Assembly (NCBI GenBank): GCA_041751055.1
Contig: JBGSYD010000047.1
Location: 71,875-135,874, forward strand
Direction: 5' to 3'
DNA: 64,000 bases
From: Acidimicrobiia bacterium
Lineage (GTDB): Bacteria > Actinomycetota > Acidimicrobiia > Spongiisociales > ZC4RG35
Shown here one piece after another: positions 1 to 9,693 of this stretch. The translations under genes were made by a program, and so were the position numbers. The number at the start of each line of letters is the position of its first letter. The first letter of the stretch is position 1. The notes under the pieces were generated by a model that saw nothing but the letters and a program-made list of their open reading frames with translations, did no database searches and had not been told where the DNA came from.

Positions 1-411
1 CGACCTGACCCGACTCTTCCACCGTTGCTCGAGCTCGAGCAGTTGCTCGAAGAGGCCGACATCATCTCATTGCATCTTCCGTTGACCGATGAAACCCGCG
101 GGCTGATAGGTCCGACCGAGATACGGAAGATGAAATCCGATGCGATCCTCATCAATACCTCACGGGGGCCCCTCGTCGACCTTTCGGCAGTAACCGATGC
201 GTTGAAAATCGGAAGTCTTGGCGGGGCGGGACTGGATGTCTTCGACGTCGAACCTTTGGACCCCAAACGAATCGAGGGTGTCCCGAACCTCATCGTCACG
301 CCTCATATGGCCTACTACTCAGAGCAGTCTCTGGAGGAGTCTCAACGCAAGGCGGCCACTCAGGTGATCAAAGTGTTGACCGGGCAGGCCCCGGACTATC
401 AGGTGAATTGA
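1..411 (+). CDS. D-isomer-specific 2-hydroxyacid dehydrogenase family protein (C-terminal fragment; 5' end lies outside the window)
   Basis: The frame is open from position 1 to the TGA at 409-411. The translation carries the NAD-binding/catalytic C-terminal half of D-2-hydroxyacid dehydrogenases (INTSRGPLVD, GAGLDVFDVEP, VTPHMAYYS). Confidence 0.75.
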   Translation, partial: RPDPTLPPLLELEQLLEEADIISLHLPLTDETRGLIGPTEIRKMKSDAILINTSRGPLVDLSAVTDALKIGSLGGAGLDVFDVEPLDPKRIEGVPNLIVTPHMAYYSEQSLEESQRKAATQVIKVLTGQAPDYQVN

Positions 412-412
412 A

Positions 413-790
413 ATGGACTCGAACCCCGGGTTTGTCGAGGAAGGCAGTTTCGACACCGGCGATTTTGTCGACGAGTTGGCCGCTGCGCCGGACAATCACA
501 ACCTGGGCACAACCCTTTGGTTTGAAAACAACCGCGTCAGAGTTTGGGAGATCCTGCTTTCGCCGGGCGAACGGGGTCCTTTTCACTCGCACACGACCAA
601 TTACTTCTGGACGGTTGTGGAAGCAGGTCGTGGGTTGCAGCGGTTCGCCGATGGTTCCTACGCCGTCAGGGATTACGCGGTTGGCGAGACCAAGTATCTC
701 GAACACACCACTTTGACTCCTTTGGTCCACGATTTGGAGAACATTGGCGACACCGTCCTCCGCTTCGTGACAGTTGAGATTCTTGACTGA
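413..790 (+). CDS. cupin-domain protein
   Basis: 125-aa ORF starting 2 nt after the upstream stop. A small beta-barrel-type sequence with conserved His residues (GPFHSHTTNYFW) is consistent with the cupin fold. Family recognition only. Confidence 0.55.
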   Translation: MDSNPGFVEEGSFDTGDFVDELAAAPDNHNLGTTLWFENNRVRVWEILLSPGERGPFHSHTTNYFWTVVEAGRGLQRFADGSYAVRDYAVGETKYLEHTTLTPLVHDLENIGDTVLRFVTVEILD

Positions 791-802
791 ACCACGAATC
801 CG

Positions 803-1984
803 ATGAAGTGGCCGAAGGTCGTAATCGCCGGAGGATCGATCGGAGGCCTGACTGCGGGCGTGCTGCTGCGCGACCTGGGATGCGTGGTGGACATCTACGA
901 GAGGTCGACCTCGGCCCTCGAGGACCGGGGAGCCGGCATCGTGGTGCTTCCGATCACAGAGAGGTACTTCAATGAGACGTCTGCAAATCGGGCCCGGGTC
1001 AGCCTCGCTTTGAATTTCTGGACCTATGTCGACAGGGACGGGTCCATCATCGACGCGGCACCGGTCAAGACCAGGTTCAGCGCGTGGAGCACGATCTACG
1101 GCGCTCTTCTCGATGCCTTTGGCGGCGAGCGATATCACCTCGACAGGGAAGTCGTGGGGTTTGAACAAGATGCCAATGGTGTGTCGGCTCATTTCGCCAA
1201 CGGTGAGAACGTGGACGGCGACCTCCTGATTTTTGCCGACGGCCTTTCTTCAACCGGCCGGTCGATCCTTCAGCCTGAGGTACGGCCTTCGTACACAGGC
1301 TATGTCGCCTGGCGCGGGACCACCGCGGAATACCTTCTATCCGAACGAGCCCGGAGCGCCCTGCTCGATTCGATGATCTATCAGGTTCTCGACCAGAGTC
1401 ATATCCTCGCCTATGCCATCCCGAGTCACGATGGGGGCACAAGCCCACCCGATCGCGCCATGAATTTCGTTTGGTACCGGAATTATCCGACCGGGGGCCA
1501 GTTCGAAGATCTGATGCTTGGTCGTGATGGCAACCGACGAACCACCACGATGCCACCGGGGATGGTTCGACAGGATCACATCGACGAGATGAGAGCGGAG
1601 GCGGGGGCGACACTCGCTCCCTCGTTATTGGAGGTGGTTCTCGGGTGCGAGGAGCCATTGATCCAGGCCGTATTTGAACTGGAAAGCCCTCGGACCGTTT
1701 TCGGCCGTGCTTGCCTGATCGGGGATGCTGCCGCGACGCTTCGTCCACACGTTGCCGCAGGGCAAGCCAAGGCATGCGCCGATGCGTGGGCGTTGCGCGA
1801 CAAGCTCTTCGAAAGCCATGGCGAGCTCGAGCCCGCCCTGGCAGCGTTCGAGCCCGCGCAGCTTGATCTCGCCAGGAGAGCAAGCGCCCGCACCCGAGAG
1901 ATGGGCATAGCCAGCCAGTATGAGGCTTCGATGATTCCGGGTGACTCCACCTGGAGGTTTGGATTGTGGGAGCCAGGGAATTGA
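803..1984 (+). CDS. FAD-dependent monooxygenase (aromatic-ring hydroxylase-like)
   Basis: N-terminal dinucleotide-binding motif VVIAGGSIGGLTAG, and a C-terminal GDAAAT...P FAD motif typical of salicylate/UbiH-type hydroxylases. Confidence 0.75.
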   Translation: MKWPKVVIAGGSIGGLTAGVLLRDLGCVVDIYERSTSALEDRGAGIVVLPITERYFNETSANRARVSLALNFWTYVDRDGSIIDAAPVKTRFSAWSTIYGALLDAFGGERYHLDREVVGFEQDANGVSAHFANGENVDGDLLIFADGLSSTGRSILQPEVRPSYTGYVAWRGTTAEYLLSERARSALLDSMIYQVLDQSHILAYAIPSHDGGTSPPDRAMNFVWYRNYPTGGQFEDLMLGRDGNRRTTTMPPGMVRQDHIDEMRAEAGATLAPSLLEVVLGCEEPLIQAVFELESPRTVFGRACLIGDAAATLRPHVAAGQAKACADAWALRDKLFESHGELEPALAAFEPAQLDLARRASARTREMGIASQYEASMIPGDSTWRFGLWEPGN

Positions 1985-2048
1985 GGGGAAAGCCCGTCTC
2001 TTCGGTGCACGTCTCCTCGACATCGGATCAACCGAAAGTTCAGTAGGG

Positions 2049-3236
2049 ATGCCCAACCGACTGGCCATTGCCCTCGAGCAACATCCGTTGTTGACAGCTG
2101 TCATCTACACCGGGATCGGCGTCTTACCGTTGTTCCTACTCAGCGCCCAGATTCTCCAGGTCGGGCGAGAGCTCGATTTCGGCGTCGGTAGGTTGGGAAT
2201 CGCAACTGCCGCCTTCTTCGGATCGGCCGCGCTTGCGGCCAACCTGGCGGGACGTCTGATGGTGCGAGTCGGTTCTGTTGGTGCCTTGCGCGTCGGCAGC
2301 ACCCTGTCGATCATCTCGTGTCTGGCGGTCGCGAGCGCAACCGCCTTGTGGATGATCCCCGTTGCTCTCGCCGTTGGTGGCTTTGCGAACGGGACGATTC
2401 AAGTTGCAGCGAACATTGCAATCTTCGATGGCGTGAAAGCCAGGCGACAAGGTCTCGCCTTTGGCTCGAAACAGGCTGCGGTGCCTATGGCGAGTGTTCT
2501 GGCCGGTTTGTCTCTTCCGCTTGTCGCATCAGCTTTTGGCTGGCGTTGGGTCTTTGTGGCGGCCGCCGTCCTCGCGCTCGTCCTGACTGTGTCAGTTCCG
2601 AACCTCGAGTCCAGAAAGGAAGTGGCGAGGAAAGAGGACGCATTGGGCCGGCCACCTCTGTCACTGGTGCTTCTTGCTGTCGGCGGTATCTGCGGTGCCG
2701 CTGCCGGGAACGGAATTTCGCTTTTCATCGTACCTTCGGCAGTTGAGGTCGGATTCAGTGAGCCTGTGGCCGGAATTGTCCTCTCATCGTTTTCGATCCT
2801 TGTCGTTGCGGTCCGAGTCGGATCGGGATGGCTGGTCGACCGCCGCAACAGCACCGGTCATGTGGAGATGATGTGGTTGGCGGGTGCCGGAGCCGTAGGA
2901 GCGTTGGTCCTCATGGCGGCCTCGACCCAGACAATGTATCTGCTCGCCATGCCCGTTGCGGTGCTCGGAGCCTGGGGGTGGCCAGGTATCTTTTTCTTCA
3001 CCGTGGTCAGGAGCTACCCGCGGTTCCCGGCACGTGCAACCGGTCTTGTGTTGTCCGGGAATCTGGCCGGCACCTTGATCGGCCCGTTGGCAGTCGGCGC
3101 ATTGGCCGGTCAAGGCAGATTCCAAAGCGCCTGGTTGTTCGTCAGCATCACTGCAGGGCTGTCGACCGCCGCTTTAGCGTCCAGTTTTGTGACCGGACGA
3201 CGGATCTCTGAGGTCAGTGCGGTGCAGCAGCCTTGA
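2049..3236 (+). CDS. MFS transporter
   Basis: The ORF 1941-3236 would overlap the upstream gene, so I take the start as the internal ATG at 2049 (MPNRLAIALEQ...). The product is hydrophobic with about 12 predicted TM segments and a GRLxxRxG-like loop (ANLAGRLMVRVG). Confidence 0.7.
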   Translation: MPNRLAIALEQHPLLTAVIYTGIGVLPLFLLSAQILQVGRELDFGVGRLGIATAAFFGSAALAANLAGRLMVRVGSVGALRVGSTLSIISCLAVASATALWMIPVALAVGGFANGTIQVAANIAIFDGVKARRQGLAFGSKQAAVPMASVLAGLSLPLVASAFGWRWVFVAAAVLALVLTVSVPNLESRKEVARKEDALGRPPLSLVLLAVGGICGAAAGNGISLFIVPSAVEVGFSEPVAGIVLSSFSILVVAVRVGSGWLVDRRNSTGHVEMMWLAGAGAVGALVLMAASTQTMYLLAMPVAVLGAWGWPGIFFFTVVRSYPRFPARATGLVLSGNLAGTLIGPLAVGALAGQGRFQSAWLFVSITAGLSTAALASSFVTGRRISEVSAVQQP

Positions 3237-4287
3237 CGGTGCCTGCTTTCACGGTCGGCTCCAGGGGCAGTTCCACGACCTGACCCGTCTCGGCCGATAG
3301 GTCTGCAGCGAGGTAGATCTCCATGGATTGACGTGCCAGCCTGGGCTCGACCATGATTGGTCTGTCATAGGCCACCGCTTCCAGGAAATGTATGGTCTCT
3401 CGCTCCATCGGGCCTGCGTAAACATGGTCGACGAACTCTCCGGGCATCGTCGATAGCGGAAACTCCAATCCTCGATGGGTTGTATTCAGAACAATGTCCT
3501 TGTGGCTGGCGTCCATCAGCAAGGCCCCGTCCGTCCCGATGAATTCGATCCAAGTTGTCGAATAGTTCGGATATCCAGCAGGGAGGGACCAGCCAGCGCC
3601 GATGGTCACGGTGACGCCGTCATCCATTGTGATCACCATCACCTGAGTGTCAGGAACACCCTGTTCGGCGGCCCGGGCACCCCATGCGATCTGCGAGTAC
3701 ACCCGAACTGCGCGCCGAGGTTCGAGACACCAAAGGGAAAAGTCGATGTCGTGGGTGGCCTCCATGACCGCCGGCGAAAGCTTGGTCCGCGACCCGATTT
3801 TCTTGCCCAGTGACCGGGTTATATGGCGACTGATCAGAACGCTGACAGGGTCACCAAGTGTTCCATCGCCGAGGCTCCTTTTGACTAGTGCCTGCTTGGA
3901 GTTGAATCGCTGGGAGTACCCGATGGTGAACTTGAGGCCCCGTGACTCAGCGGCGTCGATCAACTCATCCGCCTCGTCGAGGGTGATGGCCATTGGCTTT
4001 TCCAAAAGGACGTGCTTACCGGCCTCGAGCGCCGCCTTGGCCATCGGAAAGTGAATGGTCTCCGGCGTGGCCGAGATGATGATCGCCTCGATGTCCTCGT
4101 TTTCGATCAACTCTCGCCAGTCTTCGGTTGTGGTCGACGCCCCCGTTTCGAGTGCGACCTCTTGCAGCCGATCGGGCTTTATCTCGGCGAGGTGAAGAGA
4201 CGCCACGAGGGGGCTGTTGGCTGACGTCACAGCCCTTATGCCCCCACACCAGCCGGTTCCGATGATGCCTAGGTTGATCGGATTCAT
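3214..4287 (-). CDS. Gfo/Idh/MocA family NAD(P)-dependent oxidoreductase
   Basis: Start placed at MNPINLGIIGTGWCG, the Rossmann N-terminus typical of this family. The EKP motif is present (HVLLEKPMA). Confidence 0.75.
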   Translation of the reverse strand: MNPINLGIIGTGWCGGIRAVTSANSPLVASLHLAEIKPDRLQEVALETGASTTTEDWRELIENEDIEAIIISATPETIHFPMAKAALEAGKHVLLEKPMAITLDEADELIDAAESRGLKFTIGYSQRFNSKQALVKRSLGDGTLGDPVSVLISRHITRSLGKKIGSRTKLSPAVMEATHDIDFSLWCLEPRRAVRVYSQIAWGARAAEQGVPDTQVMVITMDDGVTVTIGAGWSLPAGYPNYSTTWIEFIGTDGALLMDASHKDIVLNTTHRGLEFPLSTMPGEFVDHVYAGPMERETIHFLEAVAYDRPIMVEPRLARQSMEIYLAADLSAETGQVVELPLEPTVKAGTVKAAAPH

Positions 4288-4336
4288 GTCGATGCCTTTC
4301 CTGTCTTGACGACGTTCTCCCTGCAATTACCCGCGC

Positions 4337-5335
4337 TCATCCTTCGATGCCAAGCAGTCGGGCTGCGTTCCCGCCACGTATGAGGTCTACGTCATCGGCC
4401 GTCAGATTTTCAACGGAGTTGATTAGACCGAGAGGGTCTTCGTCGCCCATGTCGTACGGGTAATCGGTTCCCAGCAGTACGTGGTCAGATCCGTATTTCT
4501 TGATGAGATAACCCAGTTGGTCCGGCTCGAAGACCATCGTGTCGAAGAAGAACTCCTTGAGGTATTCACTTGGGGGGCGGGGAAGCCCGTACCGGACGTC
4601 CTCTCGAGCGTGGTAGGCGTGATCAAACCGTCCTGAATAGGCCGGAAGAAAGCCACCGCCGTGTGCAAACACGATCTTCAATCCCGGGTGGCGTTCCATC
4701 ACGCCGTCGAAGATGAGTCGGCCCGCGCACAACGTCTCTTCGAGGGGATGACCGATCGTGTTGTAGAAGTAGTGATCGGTGAACCTGCCGGGATCTGTGA
4801 ATCCCATGGGATGGATGAAGACCACCATCTCCAATTCCTCGACGCTCTCCCAAAAAGGCTCAAAGCGTGGATTGGAGATCTCTTCGCCCAGGATGTGGGT
4901 GCTGATCTCGATTCCACGGAACCCGAGCTCGTGGTGGCATCTTTTCAGTTCAACGATTGCACTTTCGGAATCCTGGAGGGGCACCGCACCCAGGCCTACA
5001 AAACGCGCCGGATCAGCGGCGACCAGTTCCGCGAGGTCGTCGTTTATCGTCTGAAATGCACTCACACCCAATTCACCGCCGGCCCAGTAGAACTGGTGAT
5101 AGGGCGAAATGCTCAACGCTTGAACGTCGACTCCCATGGCGTCCATGTCCGCGAGGCGGACGTCGATCGATTCCATCTTGGGGCGAAGACCGGCGAGCTG
5201 CCGACGATTTACCTCCCTGGTCAGCTCGCTTCCTATTTGCAGTGGGGCACGACCCTGGCGATCAGCCTCAGGTTGAACCATGGCGGCGGCCTGTCCACAC
5301 TCGCGATGGCAATGGATATCGATTACTCGGGTCAT
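4337..5335 (-). CDS. amidohydrolase-2 family metal-dependent hydrolase/decarboxylase (ACMSD-like)
   Basis: N-terminal IDIHCH metal-binding motif, internal FIHPMG and AHGGG motifs, and a C-terminal LGTDYP motif. This is the TIM-barrel amidohydrolase_2 pattern. Confidence 0.7.
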   Translation of the reverse strand: MTRVIDIHCHRECGQAAAMVQPEADRQGRAPLQIGSELTREVNRRQLAGLRPKMESIDVRLADMDAMGVDVQALSISPYHQFYWAGGELGVSAFQTINDDLAELVAADPARFVGLGAVPLQDSESAIVELKRCHHELGFRGIEISTHILGEEISNPRFEPFWESVEELEMVVFIHPMGFTDPGRFTDHYFYNTIGHPLEETLCAGRLIFDGVMERHPGLKIVFAHGGGFLPAYSGRFDHAYHAREDVRYGLPRPPSEYLKEFFFDTMVFEPDQLGYLIKKYGSDHVLLGTDYPYDMGDEDPLGLINSVENLTADDVDLIRGGNAARLLGIEG

Positions 5336-5400
5336 GGACTCCTCAACGAACTGCTACGTGTGACATATCTTGCATAATATAGGGCGTTCGAGAAGGTGTC

Positions 5401-6294
5401 TCAATGCGTCCGGCTCTGACCCGTACGGCTCCTCACCACCTCGATAATCGAAGAATTGTCGAGATCGCCCAGGCCGGTCGATTCACCCCAGGCCAGGGCG
5501 TCCCGGACCACTTCTATCAGGTCGGTGGGCGACCCTATCTTGCGACCGTGTTCCACGATGAGCCGGGCATCTTTGTGGCTCTGTCGGAGTCGGGAGAATG
5601 GGGCGTCGTGCGCTCCGGCGATCATGCGCTCGCCCCAGACGTCCATCGCCTTTGAATATGAGAGCCCGTCTTTCAAGACTTCCAGGCTTGCATTGGGATC
5701 GAGGCCGCTCATCTCTGCGGTGACAAGGGCCTCGGCAAGGGCCATCCGATGAATCGATAGGACCTGGTTGACGATGAGTTTCATCGTTGCGCCGGACCCG
5801 ACATTTCCCACGTGGTGGTGGGACCGCCCGATCGTTTCGAATATGGGCCGTCCCGCATCGTAGGCTTCGACCGGACCACCGATCATGACCACCAGTTGCC
5901 CTCGCTCGGCCACTTCTCCGTTTCCACTCACCGTGGTGTCCGAATAGGTGATGCCAAACCGCGCCAGTGCCAATGCGACGTCTTCGGCGTCACCAGGCCG
6001 CCCCGTCGTGGTGTCGTATATGTAGAGAGGACTCACCCCCGAGGTCGAAATGCCGGCGTCACCAAGACATACCTCACGGGCGATGTCGGAATCTGGCAAG
6101 GAAAGCAGCGCCGCCCACGAACCCTCGACGGCTGCGGCAGGGGAGGCCGTTGGTTGGCCGCCCTTCTCCTCGAATTCGCGCAAGCGAACAGCGTTGGTGT
6201 CGAAACCACGCAGTTTGTATCCACCGGCCAAGAGGCGATCCGACATTCTTGATCCCATGAGACCTAGCCCGATGACGGCAATTGTTTGGCTCAT
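5401..6294 (-). CDS. 3-hydroxyisobutyrate dehydrogenase-family NAD(P)-dependent oxidoreductase
   Basis: N-terminal IAVIGLGLMGSRM Rossmann motif and overall HIBADH / 6-phosphogluconate-dehydrogenase-like NAD-binding pattern. It overlaps the upstream gene by 4 nt. Confidence 0.75.
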   Translation of the reverse strand: MSQTIAVIGLGLMGSRMSDRLLAGGYKLRGFDTNAVRLREFEEKGGQPTASPAAAVEGSWAALLSLPDSDIAREVCLGDAGISTSGVSPLYIYDTTTGRPGDAEDVALALARFGITYSDTTVSGNGEVAERGQLVVMIGGPVEAYDAGRPIFETIGRSHHHVGNVGSGATMKLIVNQVLSIHRMALAEALVTAEMSGLDPNASLEVLKDGLSYSKAMDVWGERMIAGAHDAPFSRLRQSHKDARLIVEHGRKIGSPTDLIEVVRDALAWGESTGLGDLDNSSIIEVVRSRTGQSRTH

Positions 6295-8330
6295 CGGACG
6301 GTCATCTCCCTGTTAGGTGATTGGTCTACACCATCGGCAACGATCAACCAGTCCACGGCAATCCACTCGTGGCCAGCCCAGATCAGCGGGTTTATTTCGA
6401 TCTCCTGGAGCCCCGAACCGACCAGCCCGCGACTGACGATGCTGACGATTCGTGCGAGTTCGTCGACGTCGGCAGGACTCCGCTTCCTGAAATCATCGAG
6501 ACCCGCTCTGAGCTTCAGGCTGTCGATCATCTCTGCAGCCTGCCGCTCGTTGACGGGAGCGATGGCGAACACGACATCACCGACGAGCTCTGCGAAGACT
6601 CCTCCAAATCCGACCGAAACAATCGGACCGAAGATCTCATGATGGATGGCGCCAACGATGACCTCAATGCCTGGTGTGTATTTCTGTAGTAGCGCCTCAG
6701 AGATCATGTGGCCGCTGGCCTCGATCGAGGCCATCAGTTCCGAGAAGGCCACTCTGACCCCCGCGGCATCCCCGAGGTTGAGTTTCACGCCCCCGTGTTC
6801 GGTCTTGTGTGCAATCGCAGCTGAGTGGACTTTCAACGCCACCGGATAGCCGATAGATTCAGCGGCCATTATTGCCTCGGTCGGGGAGCCAACAACCGTC
6901 CCGCGCAGGAGAGGCAAACCCCAACTGTCAAAGGCGCCACTGACGGTAGGAAGCGGCGTAGCAGGCCCCTCGATAGCGGACCTGGCTAGGGCTGCGATTC
7001 CCAGGATGGCCGCACGAGGGTCTTCGGTTACCGGTCTTCCCGCCTCCCGTAAACGCCTCAAGCTGGTGCGTGCCTGATCGCCGGCCATCCAGAGGTGAAC
7101 TATTGAGACCGGGGTTGTGAGGCCCAGCAATGACGCTGCTCGCTCTTCGGAATGGTTTGGTGAATGAGCTGTGGTCACCGCGAGAACGATGTCGTATTCA
7201 CCTGAATCGGCGAAGGCGCCAACCACCTCGGCAAAGCGGTGAGGTCCGCCGATGATCCCTCCCATGTCAACAGGATTGTCCACCGTTCCGTGATCTAACA
7301 GCGGTTTCACACGCGCTTTGAGTTGTGGGCTGGGAGTCTCGAGTACAAGCCGATGCCGCTCGGCCCGATCGGCGAGCATGATCGCCGTGCCGCCGGAATG
7401 GGTCACGATCGCCGCACGGGCACCGGTGGGCGATCCGGCCCGAGCCAACAACTCGGCCACATCCAGAGCCTCGGCGGGTGTCTCCGCAATCACGACCCCG
7501 AGAGACTCGAGAACTCCGTCCAATACCGGGCCTGAAACCGCTAGTGCACCGGTGTGTGATGTCATCAGTGCTCGGGCTCGATCTCCCGACCCAAGACGAC
7601 ACGCGACAACAGGCTTCCCCCGTGCTCGAGCGTCACGGATTCCGCCGATGAAAGAAGCTCCATCTCGAACCGTTTCAAGCACCACGACGATCGCATCAAC
7701 GGTGTCGACACCTGCGACCGTCGCCAATGCTTCACCCATTTCGATGTCGGCTTCGTTGCCTGTGGCGATTGAAATCGCCAGTCCTCCCTGGCGCTCAGCC
7801 GCGAGATTGTGGAGGAAGCTCCCGATGCCGCCGCTCTGGGTCACGAGCCCGACCGGTCCCGAGCGAATCTCGACCGCAGGTCGATCCAAACAGGTCAGAA
7901 AACTCGCAGCCAGATGGTGACTTGGGCATATCACCCCTCCGCTGTTGGGCCCGAGCAAGCGAACGTGCATCTCTTGTGCCAAGCGGCTGAGTTCATTCTG
8001 GTTGTCGAGCCCTTGTGGGCCTGATTCCCCGAAGCCTCCTGCAAAGACGATCGCCGCACCGACTCCGTCGCAGTCGCGAATAATGCTTGAAACCGCCGCA
8101 GCCGGGATGGCGCAGATCACCAGGTCTGGCGGCTCGGGGAGGTCGCTCATCTTTCCGAAGACTCCTACTTCCTTGATATCTGGCCGACTCGGGTTGACGC
8201 CCCAGATCTCGCCCGGGAACCCCAGATTTTGGAGATTGGTCAGTACCCGGCTCCCGTGCTTGTCCGGGTTGGCTGATAGCCCGACGATCGCGATTGTCCT
8301 TGGATCGATGAGGCGAATGAGATCGTTCAT
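6291..8330 (-). CDS. NDP-forming acyl-CoA synthetase (acetate--CoA ligase, ADP-forming type; fused alpha/beta domains)
   Basis: 679 aa. N-terminal CoA-binding domain (IAIVGLSANPDKHGSRV) followed by succinyl-CoA-synthetase-like and ATP-grasp regions. Confidence 0.75.
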   Translation of the reverse strand: MNDLIRLIDPRTIAIVGLSANPDKHGSRVLTNLQNLGFPGEIWGVNPSRPDIKEVGVFGKMSDLPEPPDLVICAIPAAAVSSIIRDCDGVGAAIVFAGGFGESGPQGLDNQNELSRLAQEMHVRLLGPNSGGVICPSHHLAASFLTCLDRPAVEIRSGPVGLVTQSGGIGSFLHNLAAERQGGLAISIATGNEADIEMGEALATVAGVDTVDAIVVVLETVRDGASFIGGIRDARARGKPVVACRLGSGDRARALMTSHTGALAVSGPVLDGVLESLGVVIAETPAEALDVAELLARAGSPTGARAAIVTHSGGTAIMLADRAERHRLVLETPSPQLKARVKPLLDHGTVDNPVDMGGIIGGPHRFAEVVGAFADSGEYDIVLAVTTAHSPNHSEERAASLLGLTTPVSIVHLWMAGDQARTSLRRLREAGRPVTEDPRAAILGIAALARSAIEGPATPLPTVSGAFDSWGLPLLRGTVVGSPTEAIMAAESIGYPVALKVHSAAIAHKTEHGGVKLNLGDAAGVRVAFSELMASIEASGHMISEALLQKYTPGIEVIVGAIHHEIFGPIVSVGFGGVFAELVGDVVFAIAPVNERQAAEMIDSLKLRAGLDDFRKRSPADVDELARIVSIVSRGLVGSGLQEIEINPLIWAGHEWIAVDWLIVADGVDQSPNREMTVR

Positions 8331-8447
8331 CGAAGTTGTGGTTCGACAGTTGGAGCTATTCCGGAGATGTAACCCTGCCAGGGCGAGAGAGGGGTTCCCT
8401 CAGTGGCCTTATTCCGATCGAGGGCTACAAGAGTCCCGATTTTCATC

Positions 8448-9653
8448 TCACAACTCAGGCCAAATTCTCACGACGCCCTCAGCGGCCAATCGCCTCACTT
8501 CTGATTCGCCGATGCCCAGCCGATCCTCGAGCACCTGAGATGTGTGCTGACCCAACATGGGAGCGGGCCTTTCTGAGCCTTCCCCACTGCTGAACTTCAT
8601 TGGGCTCGGTGGGTACCGCACTTCACCGACGGTCGGATGCCGATAGGTCTTGACCATATTTCGCGCCTTGACCTGAGGGTCTTCGAACACTTCGCCTATG
8701 TCGTTCACGGGTGCGCTCGGAATGTCGTATTTGTCAAGGATTCCGAGCCACTCGAGCCGGGTCTTGGTACGAAACACATCGTTGAGGATCGGATTCACGT
8801 ATTCCCGATTGGCCACGCGCGCCGCATTGTCGATGGTCCTGGGGTCTGTCTTCAGATCGGGTCGTGAGATCGCCTCGCAAAGGTTCTGCCAGAACTTCTC
8901 GTCGCGAGCAGCCACCACGATGTAGCCGTCACGGGCTTGGTAGGCCTGCCAGGGGACAAGATGGGCATGAGCGGTTCCTTGTCGGCTGATCCTCCGGCCG
9001 GAGTTGAGATGGTCCACCGCGTCGTAGGAGAGCATGGACACCAACGTGTCGAGCATTGCCACATCGGCATGCCGTCCATCACCGTGTAGCTCCCGGCCGA
9101 GTAGGCCGGCCAAAACCGCAATACAGGAGTAGATTCCGCCCGCAATGTCGGCAATCGGGATGCCCACCCGCGCCGGGTCACCGTCGCTGGGCCCGGTTAT
9201 GTCCAGGAGCCCGCTGTAAGCCTGCACAACCAGATCAAAGGCAGCCTTATCCCGCGCCGGGCCGAATTCTCCGAAGCCAGTGACGGAGACGGTGACGATG
9301 TCGGGATTGTGGGTTTTGAGTTTCGCATGGTCTATGCCGAGTCGCTCCATTACTCCCGGTCGGAAATTGTCGATCACGACATCGGCATTCGCCACCAGTT
9401 CATAGAACAGCTCCAACCCACGCTCGCTCTTGAGGTCCAGAACGACACTCTTCTTTCCGCGATTCATAAACAAGTGAATTGCGCTCTCGCCGCCGAGCGG
9501 CGCGATGGTCGGGTTGCGTGCCGTGTCGCCTTTGGGCGGCTCGATCTTGATCACTTCGGCACCCAGATCGGCCAGGATCACGCCCCCGAAGTTGCCCGCT
9601 ATCACTTGTCCCAATTCCAGGACTGTGATGCCAGAGAGCATTGGCGTTGTCAT
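8448..9653 (-). CDS. family III CoA-transferase (CaiB/BaiF family)
   Basis: The N-terminus GITVLELGQVIAGNFGGVILADLGAEVIKIEPP is the hallmark of family III CoA-transferases. Confidence 0.8.
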   Translation of the reverse strand: MTTPMLSGITVLELGQVIAGNFGGVILADLGAEVIKIEPPKGDTARNPTIAPLGGESAIHLFMNRGKKSVVLDLKSERGLELFYELVANADVVIDNFRPGVMERLGIDHAKLKTHNPDIVTVSVTGFGEFGPARDKAAFDLVVQAYSGLLDITGPSDGDPARVGIPIADIAGGIYSCIAVLAGLLGRELHGDGRHADVAMLDTLVSMLSYDAVDHLNSGRRISRQGTAHAHLVPWQAYQARDGYIVVAARDEKFWQNLCEAISRPDLKTDPRTIDNAARVANREYVNPILNDVFRTKTRLEWLGILDKYDIPSAPVNDIGEVFEDPQVKARNMVKTYRHPTVGEVRYPPSPMKFSSGEGSERPAPMLGQHTSQVLEDRLGIGESEVRRLAAEGVVRIWPEL

Positions 9654-9693
9654 GCCGACCTGCTGGCGTGAATAGCGGTGCTACATAGACGGG

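Noticed and set aside
1077-1883. Long antisense ORFs overlapping well-supported genes (e.g. 1077-1883 -, 368-1192 -, 7318-7920 +, 36346-36975 -, 38848-39618 +, 34005-34632 +, 59509-60072 -)
   Set aside because: Their translations are Arg/Pro/Ala-rich with no recognisable motifs, and they fully overlap genes that have clear family signatures on the other strand or frame. These are the usual shadow ORFs of high-GC DNA.
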